DNA of 64,000 bases, taken from Alphaproteobacteria bacterium (GTDB lineage Bacteria > Pseudomonadota > Alphaproteobacteria > UBA2966). The stretch covers positions 6,107 to 70,106 of the forward strand of contig JABIFY010000104.1 of assembly GCA_018650465.1 (NCBI GenBank), given 5' to 3'. The notes under the pieces were generated by a model that was given only the letters and a program-made list of their open reading frames with translations, did not search any database and was not told the origin of the DNA. Positions 1-9,372 of this stretch are shown piece after piece; the first letter of the stretch is position 1, and the number at the start of each line of letters is the position of its first letter. A program made the translations under genes and the position numbers.

Positions 1-1977
1 AAAAGTATCCTGGTCGCCAACCGTGGCGAAATCGCCGTCCGGGTCATGCGGACGGCCAAGGCGCTGGGATATCGTACAATCGCGGTCTATTCCGAAGCCG
101 ACGCAGGTGCACCACATGTACTGATGGCAGATGATGTCGCCTGTATAGGCCCGGCCCCGGTTGGTCAAAGCTATTTAGTCATTGATAAAATTCTGGAAGC
201 CGCCAGGCAGACCGGCGCTGAAGCCATTCATCCAGGCTATGGCTTTTTGTCGGAGAACGCAGACTTCGCCCGGGCCTGCGAAGCCGCCGGGTTGGTCTTC
301 ATCGGACCGGATGCTGAGTCCATCGATTTGATGGGTAACAAGGCGCAGGCCAAACGCCGAATGATCAATGCCAGTGTTCCCTGTGTGCCTGGATATGAAG
401 AGGAAGACCAGTCTGCGGACGTGATGATTGCCGCTGCCGGTGAAATCGGCTTTCCTTTGATGGTCAAGGCTGCTGCCGGTGGTGGAGGCCGGGGCATGCG
501 TCTGGTGCACAAGGTTGAAGATATGGCCGAGGCTTTGCGCTCGGCCGGATCCGAGGCGTTGAATGCCTTTGGGTCAGACGAATTGATCCTTGAGAAAGCC
601 ATCATTCAGCCGCGCCATGTTGAAATTCAGGTTTTTGCCGATACCCATGGCAATGTCATTCACTTGGGCGAGCGAGATTGTTCCGTCCAGCGACGCCATC
701 AGAAAGTTGTGGAAGAAGCGCCTTGCCCGGTGATGACGCCAGAGTTACGCACAGCGATGGGTGAAGCTGCGGTGGAAGCCGCCCGAACCATCAATTATCG
801 CGGCGCGGGGACGGTTGAATTTTTGCTGGACGGGGATGGGAAATTCTATTTTCTGGAAATGAATACCCGGCTCCAGGTCGAACACCCTGTTACTGAAATG
901 GTTACCGGGCTGGACCTTGTTGCCCTGCAAATAAAGGTGGCAGAAGGTAATCCACTGGGATTATCGCAGGATGACGTGCGCATGGATGGTCATGCTATGG
1001 AAGTTCGCCTCTATGCTGAAGACCCGGCAAACAACTTCATGCCGCGCACGGGTCAAATCGCCTTGTGGCAACCTGCAGTCGCCGAAGGCGTGCGATTTGA
1101 TGCGGGTGTTCAGAGCGGACAGGAAATATCACCTTTCTATGATCCCATGATCGCCAAGGTCATCGCCTGGGGCGAAGACCGTGAAACGGCACGCCACAGA
1201 CTGGTTGAGGCCCTGAAGGATTGTCTTCTGTTTGGCTCGACAACAAACCGGCGTTTCTTGATCGATGTCCTGCAAAGAGAAACCTTTGCACTGGGCAAGG
1301 CAACGACAGCTTTTATTGACGAAGAATTTTCCGAAGACGACCTGGCAGAAGATTTCGGTGGTTTCCGGGAAGCTGCGATCTCGGCTGTCATCATGTATAA
1401 CCTGGAACGTCATGTGGCTTTTGACGCAAGTGAAGGTGTCACCCCTGAGCTTCTGAACTGGTCCAGCGGAGGTGCGTTACTTTCGCGTTATATCCTGGAA
1501 GTTGGGGAAGAAAATATCGACCTGCTGGTTTCTCCCCGGGGAGACAACAAATATAACGTGCGTTCGGGTGATCAGTTCGTTGACCTGGAGGTCCTTTCTC
1601 TCGCTGATAACAAGGCTCGGGTATGGCTTGAAGACCGTCGCCAGCAGGTTGGGTATCTGATGCAGGAGCCGGGCGTGCTTCATGCGTCATTTGAGGGCAG
1701 AAACCTGATTTTCAGAAACCAAATCGCCTTTGCCGCAAGTGCTGCTGAACAGGCCGGAGGCGGGCGGGTTACGGCACCAATGCATGGTGCTGTTCTTGAA
1801 GTATTTGTTGCAACTGGTGATACAGTCAAACGCGGCGACAGGCTTGCAGTCGTCGAGGCCATGAAAATGCAGCATGATATTCTGGCGGAAATTGATGGCA
1901 TTGTGCAGGATGTGGCGACAAGTGTCGGTAGCCAGGTTGCAGCCGATGATCTGTTGGTCGAAATAGAAGCTGCCTGA
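1..1977 (+). CDS. Acyl-CoA carboxylase alpha subunit (biotin carboxylase plus C-terminal biotinyl/BCCP domain). It is 5'-partial: the gene starts upstream of the window. It resembles propionyl-, methylcrotonyl- and geranyl-CoA carboxylase alpha subunits.
   Basis: The ORF runs off the window start: frame 1 translates from nt 1 as KSILVANRGEIAVRVMRTAK. Biotin carboxylase ATP-grasp motifs are present (GGGGRGMR, EMNTRLQVEH). A C-terminal biotinylation motif is present (EAMKMQ). The track ORF is 46..1977. Confidence 0.88.
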   Translation, partial: KSILVANRGEIAVRVMRTAKALGYRTIAVYSEADAGAPHVLMADDVACIGPAPVGQSYLVIDKILEAARQTGAEAIHPGYGFLSENADFARACEAAGLVFIGPDAESIDLMGNKAQAKRRMINASVPCVPGYEEEDQSADVMIAAAGEIGFPLMVKAAAGGGGRGMRLVHKVEDMAEALRSAGSEALNAFGSDELILEKAIIQPRHVEIQVFADTHGNVIHLGERDCSVQRRHQKVVEEAPCPVMTPELRTAMGEAAVEAARTINYRGAGTVEFLLDGDGKFYFLEMNTRLQVEHPVTEMVTGLDLVALQIKVAEGNPLGLSQDDVRMDGHAMEVRLYAEDPANNFMPRTGQIALWQPAVAEGVRFDAGVQSGQEISPFYDPMIAKVIAWGEDRETARHRLVEALKDCLLFGSTTNRRFLIDVLQRETFALGKATTAFIDEEFSEDDLAEDFGGFREAAISAVIMYNLERHVAFDASEGVTPELLNWSSGGALLSRYILEVGEENIDLLVSPRGDNKYNVRSGDQFVDLEVLSLADNKARVWLEDRRQQVGYLMQEPGVLHASFEGRNLIFRNQIAFAASAAEQAGGGRVTAPMHGAVLEVFVATGDTVKRGDRLAVVEAMKMQHDILAEIDGIVQDVATSVGSQVAADDLLVEIEAA

Positions 1978-2025
1978 AACAGGTTGCCCGGACGATAAGA
2001 GCAGAGATGTAAATGAGGTATTTCA

Positions 2026-3627
2026 ATGGTTTATGATCCACGCATACCCGAACGACAAGACTGTGTTCAGGCATATCAAATCGAACGCTGGGCGGTTGAA
2101 AAAGCGGACGATGTCGCGATCATTTTTCATGGTGGCGAGACCTGGACCTGGAAGCAGACCCTGGAAATGACCCGGCGTGCGGCCAAGGGATTTGTGCAAA
2201 AGGGCGTAAAGAAGGGCGACCATGTCCTCTCCTGGCAGGCCAACAACAAAGAAGCCATCCTTACCTGGTTTGGACTGAATTACCTCGGCGCCGTCTATGT
2301 CCCGATCAACACGGCCTACAAGGGCAATTTGCTGCAACATGTCGTTCAGGTTTCGGATGCAAGTCTGATGGTGTGCCATGCCGATCTGGCACCAAGGTTG
2401 AACGATATTGATACCGGTATCCTGTCGGACGTCATTGTGACCCACGGGGAAGCTGAGTTTAAAAATTTGACAGCCCATCCGGCATCGGACCTGGTGCCGG
2501 AAACCGGACTTGAGGGCATGCTGGATGTGGTCGAGCCCTGGGATACCCAGTACATCATTTTTACGTCCGGTACGACCGGTCCATCCAAGGCCGTATTGTC
2601 ATCCTATCTCCAGGGTTACGCAATGGGACCAGAGGCTTGGCCCTATATCAATGCCGATGACCGGGCCTTGATCAACTTGCCTATGTTTCATGCCGGTGGC
2701 ACGGTTTATTTCAACATAACGCTGGGCTGTGGGGCGTCCAACTATCTGGATACCCATTTCAAGACAGACGAGTTCTGGACGACGGTGCGGGACTTCAAGA
2801 TTACGGCCTGCTGTTTATTGGCGGCCATGAATCCGTTTTTGCTAAAGCTGCCACCCAGTGACCAGGACAAAAAACACACATTGCGCAAGGTGATTTGCGT
2901 GCCCTGGAATGAGGATGCCATGGAAGTCGGCACCAGATACGGCTTCGATACCCGAACCTGCTTCAACATGACCGAAATCTCCAACCCCATGGTTTCAGAC
3001 TACCATCCCTCCAAAGTCGGCACGTGTGGCAAGGTGCGTGAGGGCGTTGAGGCGCGCGTGGTCGACGAGAACGATTGTGAGGTTGGTCCCGACGAAATTG
3101 GTGAACTGATTCTGCGCACCGACCGCCCGTGGGCCATGAACCATGGATATTACAAAAATCCGGAAGCAACCGCCGAAGCATGGCGCAACGGCTGGTTTCA
3201 TACAGGGGACGGCTTCAAATACGACGAAGACGGATATTTCTATTTTGTCGACCGGATCAAGGATGCCATTCGTCGCCGGGGTGAAAATATCTCCTCGTTC
3301 GAAGTTGAAAACGAAGTCACATCTTTTGAGGCTGTCCGCGAGGCTGCAGCTGTTCCTGTTCCCAGTGACCTGGGCGAAGACGATGTAATGGTCGTTGTGG
3401 CCGCGGTTGAAGGGATGGAAATCGTGCCCGAGGACCTGTACCGTTTTCTGGAACCCCGCATGGCCCATTTCATGTTGCCAAGATACATCCGGATCGTCGA
3501 TGAATTGCCCAAGACGCCGACCCAGAAAGTGCAAAAACATCTTCTCAAGGACGATGGTGTAACAGCTGATTCCTGGGATGTCGAAGTCGCCGGAATCAAA
3601 ACAAAGCGGCAGAAAATCGGCGTCTGA
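2026..3627 (+). CDS. AMP-dependent synthetase/ligase (acyl-CoA synthetase).
   Basis: AMP-binding signature FTSGTTGPSKAV. An acyl-CoA ligase C-terminal lysine region is present (PKTPTQKVQK). The protein is 533 aa. Confidence 0.85.
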   Translation: MVYDPRIPERQDCVQAYQIERWAVEKADDVAIIFHGGETWTWKQTLEMTRRAAKGFVQKGVKKGDHVLSWQANNKEAILTWFGLNYLGAVYVPINTAYKGNLLQHVVQVSDASLMVCHADLAPRLNDIDTGILSDVIVTHGEAEFKNLTAHPASDLVPETGLEGMLDVVEPWDTQYIIFTSGTTGPSKAVLSSYLQGYAMGPEAWPYINADDRALINLPMFHAGGTVYFNITLGCGASNYLDTHFKTDEFWTTVRDFKITACCLLAAMNPFLLKLPPSDQDKKHTLRKVICVPWNEDAMEVGTRYGFDTRTCFNMTEISNPMVSDYHPSKVGTCGKVREGVEARVVDENDCEVGPDEIGELILRTDRPWAMNHGYYKNPEATAEAWRNGWFHTGDGFKYDEDGYFYFVDRIKDAIRRRGENISSFEVENEVTSFEAVREAAAVPVPSDLGEDDVMVVVAAVEGMEIVPEDLYRFLEPRMAHFMLPRYIRIVDELPKTPTQKVQKHLLKDDGVTADSWDVEVAGIKTKRQKIGV

Positions 3628-3667
3628 GACACCAGGCACCCGATACTCTTCCAGGAGCAAACCAGAA

Positions 3668-5236
3668 ATGTCTGACCAGACATCCCGCGACAAGTTACAG
3701 GAAATTGAAGCTGCCAGAACCAGCGTGATGGATGAAGGCCGACCCGATGCCGTTGCCAAACGTCGGGCTCAAGGTATGGCAACAGCGCGCGAGCGCATTG
3801 AACAGTTTGTCGACAGGGACAGCTTTCGCGAAGTCGGCGCCCTGGTGGAACCCGACCGAAGCAACGAATTGAACCGCGATCTTGTGGCCCCTGCTGACGG
3901 TGTGATTACCGGCACGGGCAAAGTAGCAGGTCGGGAAGTCAGCATCATTGCCCAGGACTTTACGGTTTATGGCGGCAGCATAGGCACAGCCGCCGACCTC
4001 AAGGCCGGGCGTCTGGTCCAGCGCGGCCTGGAGCGTGGCTTGCCTATGGTCATGATGCTGGAAGGCGGTGGTCATCGTATTCAGGATGGTATGAACGCAG
4101 CCCATTTTGCTGCCGCCTCGCCGATCTTTCACACTATAAGCAAGATGTCTGGCTGGGTGCCCAATGTGGTGGCCATCATGGGCCAGGGATTTGCCGGTCC
4201 AACGGCTTATGCGTCGCTTGGTGACTTTGTCGTCATGATCCGGGGTAAATCTACAATGGGTATCGCCGGTCCGGCGTTGGTCAAGGCCGGGACCGGGCTG
4301 GACATCACCAAAGAAGAACTGGGCGGAGCCAAACGTCAGGCAGACGAGCAGGGGATTGCTGATCTGGCTGTCGATACCGAAGAAGAATGCCTCGAGGCCA
4401 TCCAGAAATTCCTGTCCTATTTGCCGCAAAATGCAGGGCAGCCTTTACCCATCATTCCTTGTGATGATCCGGTGGATCGGCAGGATGACAAGCTGCTTGA
4501 TCTGGTTACGGCCAACAGCCGCAAGGTCTATGACGTGCGCAAGGTGATCAAGTCTATTGCCGACGTTGACAGTATGTTCGAGCTTAAACCTGGTTTCGCA
4601 CGCAACATTGTAACCTGCTTTGCCCGCCTGAACGGTCGCCCCGTTGGATTTTTTGCCAACCAGCCCTTGCGCAAGGGCGGCATTCTGGATGTCCCGGCTT
4701 GTGAAAAGGCAGCACATTTCATCGCCCTGTGTGATGCATTTGGTCTGCCCCTGGTTTCCTTGATTGATATTCCCGGCATTTCCATTGGCCCAGCCGCAGA
4801 AGACACCGGTATTGGCAGGCGCAGTGGGCGGTTGTTTTTCGAAATGGGTATTGCCACGGTGCCCCGTGTTTCGGTGGTTCTGCGTAAAGGTTATGGCGGC
4901 GGTTATTATGCCATGGGGGGCGGTCGAGCATTTGACGCTGACGCGGCCTTCGCTTGGCCGACAGCCGAGATTTGTGCCATGTCGATCGAAGGTGCGGTAG
5001 ATGTCGCCTACAAAAAGAAGTATCTCGCGGCGGACGATCCCGATGCGGTGCGCACAGAAATGATCGACAATATCAAAAGTCAGACGGGCGCCCTGGATGC
5101 GGCCCGTGACTTTGGCATTGATGATGTCATTGATCCACGCGATACACGTCGGCGTCTGATTGAAACTTTCGCCTCCTGTCCGGCCAGACGACCTGACAAC
5201 AGCCCGCCCCGGGTTCGTCCAATTTCTCCAATCTAA
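3668..5236 (+). CDS. Acyl-CoA carboxylase beta subunit (carboxyltransferase; propionyl- or methylcrotonyl-CoA carboxylase beta-like).
   Basis: Carboxyltransferase N and C domains are recognisable (GGSIG...GPTAYA; GGGYYAMGG). I placed the start at ATG 3668, which follows an AGGAG ribosome-binding site. The 5' part of the track ORF (3578..) overlaps the upstream gene. Confidence 0.82.
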   Translation: MSDQTSRDKLQEIEAARTSVMDEGRPDAVAKRRAQGMATARERIEQFVDRDSFREVGALVEPDRSNELNRDLVAPADGVITGTGKVAGREVSIIAQDFTVYGGSIGTAADLKAGRLVQRGLERGLPMVMMLEGGGHRIQDGMNAAHFAAASPIFHTISKMSGWVPNVVAIMGQGFAGPTAYASLGDFVVMIRGKSTMGIAGPALVKAGTGLDITKEELGGAKRQADEQGIADLAVDTEEECLEAIQKFLSYLPQNAGQPLPIIPCDDPVDRQDDKLLDLVTANSRKVYDVRKVIKSIADVDSMFELKPGFARNIVTCFARLNGRPVGFFANQPLRKGGILDVPACEKAAHFIALCDAFGLPLVSLIDIPGISIGPAAEDTGIGRRSGRLFFEMGIATVPRVSVVLRKGYGGGYYAMGGGRAFDADAAFAWPTAEICAMSIEGAVDVAYKKKYLAADDPDAVRTEMIDNIKSQTGALDAARDFGIDDVIDPRDTRRRLIETFASCPARRPDNSPPRVRPISPI

Positions 5237-5251
5237 AGGGCTTTAATACCG

Positions 5252-6271
5252 ATGAAGGCAATTCATTTTTCAGTTTTTGGTCCGGCAAGTGATGCCGCGG
5301 AATGTGTCGACATTCCTGCGCCGGCAAAGGCCACTGGCAACAAAGTCACCGTCGAGATGCTTGTTATGCCGATCAACCCGGCAGATATCCTGACAATCGA
5401 AGGTGAATATGGCTACAAGCCAAAACTACCGGCTTGTCCAGGTGCCGAAGGTATTGGCCGGGTCATCGACATTGGCGAGGATGTTCAGCGTGTTGACGTA
5501 GGTGATTTGGTGATCCCGATTGGCGGCAGCACCTGGCAGGAGCAAATACAATGTTCGGAAAAACTGCTGATCCCTGTGCCCGGCGATGTGGATATTGAAC
5601 AGGCGTCCATGATCAAGGCCAATCCAGCGACCGCAGAAGCCATGTTGGCACTGGTCGACCTGAAGCCGGGTGACTGGGTTATACAGAATGCTGCCAATTC
5701 CGCCGTTGGTCGCTTTGTGATTTTGGCAGCGAAACAAAAGGGCTACAAAGTTGCAGCCATCGTGCGCCGACCGGACGTTGTCAAACAGCTTCAGGATGAT
5801 GGCGCGGACGTTGTCCTGGTGGCAGACGATGCAACGTCGCTCGATGATCTGCTCAAGGAACTTGCGACTGTTGCCGGTGACGATCGACCGAGGCTGGCAT
5901 TTGATGCCATCGGTGGGTATGCAACCAATCAGCTTGCGGCCTGCATGGCGCAAGGTGGCCTTATCGCAAATTACGGATTGCTGAGCGGAAAGCCTTGTGA
6001 AGTCGACGCCAATCACCTGGTATTCCGGCGCCTGACTCTGAGGGGATTTTGGCTGGCAGACTGGTTTGCCGATACATCACCAGATCAGGTTCAGCAGACT
6101 TATCGCGCGCTCACTTCCCTGATCCGGGAGGGGCGTATTTCAGCAAATATAGAGGCGAAGTATCCCCTCAGTGAAATCAAGGCGGCTCTTGCCCACGCTG
6201 CGAAACCGGGGCGAAATGGCAAGGTTCTCCTGGTCCCGGACGTTAAATATTCAGAAGTAGAGGACGTTTGA
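5252..6271 (+). CDS. MDR-superfamily NAD(P)H-dependent enoyl reductase (MECR/Etr1-like trans-2-enoyl-CoA reductase / quinone oxidoreductase).
   Basis: An N-terminal GroES-like fold is present, with INPADILTIEGEYGYKPKLPACPGAEGIGRV, which resembles mitochondrial enoyl-thioester reductase. There is no catalytic-zinc Cys/His pattern. The protein is 339 aa. Confidence 0.7.
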   Translation: MKAIHFSVFGPASDAAECVDIPAPAKATGNKVTVEMLVMPINPADILTIEGEYGYKPKLPACPGAEGIGRVIDIGEDVQRVDVGDLVIPIGGSTWQEQIQCSEKLLIPVPGDVDIEQASMIKANPATAEAMLALVDLKPGDWVIQNAANSAVGRFVILAAKQKGYKVAAIVRRPDVVKQLQDDGADVVLVADDATSLDDLLKELATVAGDDRPRLAFDAIGGYATNQLAACMAQGGLIANYGLLSGKPCEVDANHLVFRRLTLRGFWLADWFADTSPDQVQQTYRALTSLIREGRISANIEAKYPLSEIKAALAHAAKPGRNGKVLLVPDVKYSEVEDV

Positions 6272-7110
6272 TGCCAAGAATTATTATTGAACAGGATGGA
6301 AGCACCTGGATCGCGAAGTTCAGCAATCCTCCTGAAGGTTATATGGACAACCAGACAGTTGAGGAATTCAGTGCTCTGCTGGATGACGTCGATAAAAGCG
6401 AAACGGTTCGGGCTGTCATTCTGACAGGCAATGATCCAGACGTTTTTATTCGTCATTTTGACGTCAGTTCACTGCTGGCAACCAGCCAGAAGATGGCCGC
6501 ACGCGATCTGAAGTTCTCCATAGACCGGCCCGTGCCGGAAAACAATGTTCATGTTTGCTATCGGCGCATGGAAGAAATGTCCGTCATTTTTATTGCCGCG
6601 ATTAACGGCAGTGCCATGGGCGGCGGGTTCGAGATGGTTCTTGCCTGCGATTTTCGTCTGGTCAAACAAGGACCTTATGATCTCGGATTGCCGGAAATCA
6701 ACATCGGTATTCTTGCCGGGGCAGGTGGAACCCAAAGACTGACCCGTTTAATCGGCCAGGCCAAAGCCATGGAAATGGAACTTCTGGGTCGAACCATCTC
6801 TCCCGATGAAGCTGTCTCCTACGGCGTGGCCATGGAATGTGTTGATGGTAATGTGGTGGCTCGTGCCCTGCAAATCGCTTTGAAGCTGGCTGAAAAATCT
6901 CCGCGTGCCTCAGGTCACATCAAGAAGTTGATCAAGGGGGTTGGCGACTGGGGGTTTGAAGAGGGGCTGGCCAATGAAAGAACGCTTTTCTGTGATCTTA
7001 TGATTGATCCCCGCGGCTTGGCTGATATGGAAAAAATGCTGGAAGGGACCAATGACATTCGGGATCCGGAAGAATCAGCCGCTTCAAGGCGGCCTGGCGG
7101 CAGCAAATGA
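6268..7110 (+). CDS. Enoyl-CoA hydratase/isomerase family protein (crotonase fold).
   Basis: A crotonase oxyanion-hole region is present (AAINGSAMGGGFEMVLACDFR). The start overlaps the upstream stop (ATGA), which suggests translational coupling. Confidence 0.85.
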   Translation: MMPRIIIEQDGSTWIAKFSNPPEGYMDNQTVEEFSALLDDVDKSETVRAVILTGNDPDVFIRHFDVSSLLATSQKMAARDLKFSIDRPVPENNVHVCYRRMEEMSVIFIAAINGSAMGGGFEMVLACDFRLVKQGPYDLGLPEINIGILAGAGGTQRLTRLIGQAKAMEMELLGRTISPDEAVSYGVAMECVDGNVVARALQIALKLAEKSPRASGHIKKLIKGVGDWGFEEGLANERTLFCDLMIDPRGLADMEKMLEGTNDIRDPEESAASRRPGGSK

Positions 7111-7158
7111 AACTTCAGAATTTTAGAATAACAATCCGTATTGCTATGGAGAATAAAT

Positions 7159-7380
7159 GTGGCTGCAATTGAAGTCCGATCCGAAGTGGCTGGCAATGTC
7201 TGGCTGGTCGAAGCGAGCCCGGACACAAATCTTGAAGAAGACGATGTGATTGTCGTTCTCGAATCCATGAAGATGGAAATTCCCGTGACAGCCCCATCGA
7301 AGGGCAAACTTACACAGATACTCGTCAGCAAGGACGATATGATCGCGGAAGATCAGGTCATTGCATTGATGGAAATTTAA
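7159..7380 (+). CDS. Stand-alone biotin/lipoyl attachment domain protein (about 73 aa, BCCP-like).
   Basis: The conserved biotinylation motif VVLESMKMEIPV lies inside a hammerhead-like ~70-aa domain. The probable start is GTG 7159. The track ORF begins at TTG 7141. Confidence 0.65.
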   Translation: MAAIEVRSEVAGNVWLVEASPDTNLEEDDVIVVLESMKMEIPVTAPSKGKLTQILVSKDDMIAEDQVIALMEI

Positions 7381-7443
7381 TTGTGTGTGCCGGCCCGGTC
7401 GGCATCACCAGGATACTGAACAAACAACAGAAGGAAGAAAAAA

Positions 7444-8622
7444 ATGGCTGAAGCATATATCGTCGCAGCATCGCGGACCGCAGGCGGAAAACGCGGCGGA
7501 CAGCTGTCTGGCTGGCATCCGGTCGACATGGCCGCGTCCATCCTTGATGATCTTGTCACCAAAACAGGTGCAGATCCAGCGGTTGTTGAAGATGTGATCA
7601 TGGGCTGTGTCTCCCAGGTGGGTGAACAGTCAACGAACGTGGCCCGCAATTCAGTTTTGGCTTCCTGCTTGCCTGAATCTGTGCCCGGCACTTCTCTTGA
7701 TCGCCAGTGTGGATCATCCCAGCAAGCCGTGCATTTTGCATCTCAGGCTGTCATGTCCGGGACGATGGATATCGTTATTGCCTCGGGCGTTGAAAGTATG
7801 ACGCGGGTTCCCATGTTCACGCCGTCAATCTTGCCGCAGAAAAATAACCTTGGTTTTTATGTCAGTCCGGGTGTTGAAGAAAACTATCCGGATGTCGAGT
7901 TCAGCCAGTTCATCGGCGCTGAAATGATGGCGGAAAAATATGATCTGTCGAAAGAAGAGCTGGATGCCTTCTCTCTGGCAAGTCATCAAAAAGCCATGCA
8001 GGCAACAAACGAAGGCCAGTTTGCCAACGAGATTGTGGCCCTGGAAAAGCGTGACCTTGATGGTTTGCCGACCGGTGAACAATGCACAATTGATGAAGGC
8101 ATCCGGTTTGATGCGTCTCTCGAGGGCATCGCCGGAGTTAAATTATTGCAACAGGATGGCCGTATTTCAGCCGCTTCCGCCAGCCAGATCTGTGATGGCG
8201 CAACAGGTGTCATGATCGTCAACGAAAATGGCCTGAAAAAACTGGGTGTTGAACCCATCGCCCGCATCCATCACATGACCATGATCGGTCATGATCCGGT
8301 TATCATGCTGGAAGCGCCGATCCCGGCTACTGAAGCCGCCCTGAAAAAGGCTGGCATGAGCATTGATGACATTGACCTGTTCGAAGTGAATGAAGCGTTT
8401 GCTTCGGTTCCACTGGCCTGGTTGAAAGAAACCGGTGCTGATCCAGAGCGACTGAACGTCAATGGCGGCGCCATCGCACTTGGTCACCCGCTGGGCGTAT
8501 CAGGAACCAAGTTGATGACCACACTGGTTCACGCCCTGAAGAACCGGAACAAGCGTTATGGCCTTCAGACCATGTGCGAAGGCGGCGGCATGGCCAATGT
8601 CACAATTGTTGAACGTCTCTAA
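7444..8622 (+). CDS. Acetyl-CoA C-acyltransferase (thiolase).
   Basis: The thiolase active-site cysteine region (DRQCGSSQQAV) and the C-terminal NVNGGAIALGHPLG and CEGGGMA motifs are present. An AGGAAG ribosome-binding site lies upstream. Confidence 0.9.
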   Translation: MAEAYIVAASRTAGGKRGGQLSGWHPVDMAASILDDLVTKTGADPAVVEDVIMGCVSQVGEQSTNVARNSVLASCLPESVPGTSLDRQCGSSQQAVHFASQAVMSGTMDIVIASGVESMTRVPMFTPSILPQKNNLGFYVSPGVEENYPDVEFSQFIGAEMMAEKYDLSKEELDAFSLASHQKAMQATNEGQFANEIVALEKRDLDGLPTGEQCTIDEGIRFDASLEGIAGVKLLQQDGRISAASASQICDGATGVMIVNENGLKKLGVEPIARIHHMTMIGHDPVIMLEAPIPATEAALKKAGMSIDDIDLFEVNEAFASVPLAWLKETGADPERLNVNGGAIALGHPLGVSGTKLMTTLVHALKNRNKRYGLQTMCEGGGMANVTIVERL

Positions 8623-8676
8623 TGGGCTGAGTACCAATAGGCAAATTTGAGTATTCAAATAATATGTCTGTGGTGG

Positions 8677-8716
8677 GTGGTGCAGTTCGTGGTGAAAACC
8701 GATGACACTGCACCAC
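8677..8716. other. Perfect 10-bp inverted repeat (GTGGTGCAGT / ACTGCACCAC) with a 20-nt loop, 55 bp downstream of the thiolase stop. It is a possible transcript-end or REP-like structure and is not followed by a T-tract.
   Basis: Read directly from the sequence. Confidence 0.35.
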
Positions 8717-8889
8717 AAACCATGACAGTCGAATTAAGTTAAACTATTGATTTCATTGTAATTATTTGCACCTATGTGTCGTGGCCAAAGGCCATGAATA
8801 TCGCAAAGCAATGTGATGCCAGGGGTGCAGGTATGGGGCATTTCTGATTATGTCATATAATACGTTGTTTCATACCGGGATCAGGCAGA

Positions 8890-8920
8890 CCGTTTCTTCG
8901 CCAGTTTCCCGAAGAAACGG
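8890..8920. other. GC-rich hairpin: 11-bp perfect stem CCGTTTCTTCG / CGAAGAAACGG with a 9-nt loop. It lies about 80 bp upstream of the small membrane-protein gene.
   Basis: Read directly from the sequence. No T-tract lies on either side. Confidence 0.3.
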
Positions 8921-8997
8921 CCCTCAATCTTCCGGCACTGGCGCAACCCCGACGGAACGCTAAAATAGCCCCAGGGCTTAATTCCAGGAGGAAAAGC

Positions 8998-9372
8998 ATG
9001 CGGCCACTGTCGAAAAGTTATTTGCGGCTTTCGGTTCTCTATTCGATTATTGGTTTGGGCGTCGGCTTGATGATGGTCTCGGTGGATGATCACAGTCAGA
9101 TGCCTGCGCACGCGCATATCATGCTTATTGGTTTTGTGCTGATGTTTATGTTTGGTGTGTTCTACCGTTTGTGGCCGGAGGCCGAGGCCGGTTGGCTGCC
9201 GGTTCTGCATTTCGCTTTGACTCAAGCTTCCTTTATCGGATTTATGATCGGCTTCTGGCTCTATTACGGCGGCAATCCGGATATGGGAGAAACGCTCAGG
9301 GCGCCGTCAACGACTGTGTTTTTCTTTAACCAGTTCTTGTTTGGCTGGATTGTCTTCAAGGCAACGCGTTAA
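8998..9372 (+). CDS. Small hydrophobic membrane protein (3-4 predicted TM helices). Function unknown.
   Basis: A strong AGGAGG ribosome-binding site lies 8 nt upstream. The protein has hydrophobic segments IIGLGVGLMMV, IMLIGFVLMFMFGVF and FIGFMIGFWLYY. Confidence 0.5.
   Translation: MRPLSKSYLRLSVLYSIIGLGVGLMMVSVDDHSQMPAHAHIMLIGFVLMFMFGVFYRLWPEAEAGWLPVLHFALTQASFIGFMIGFWLYYGGNPDMGETLRAPSTTVFFFNQFLFGWIVFKATR

Noticed and set aside
2995-3782. 254-aa and 180-aa minus-strand ORFs
   Set aside because: They are antisense to the AMP-ligase and carboxyltransferase genes.
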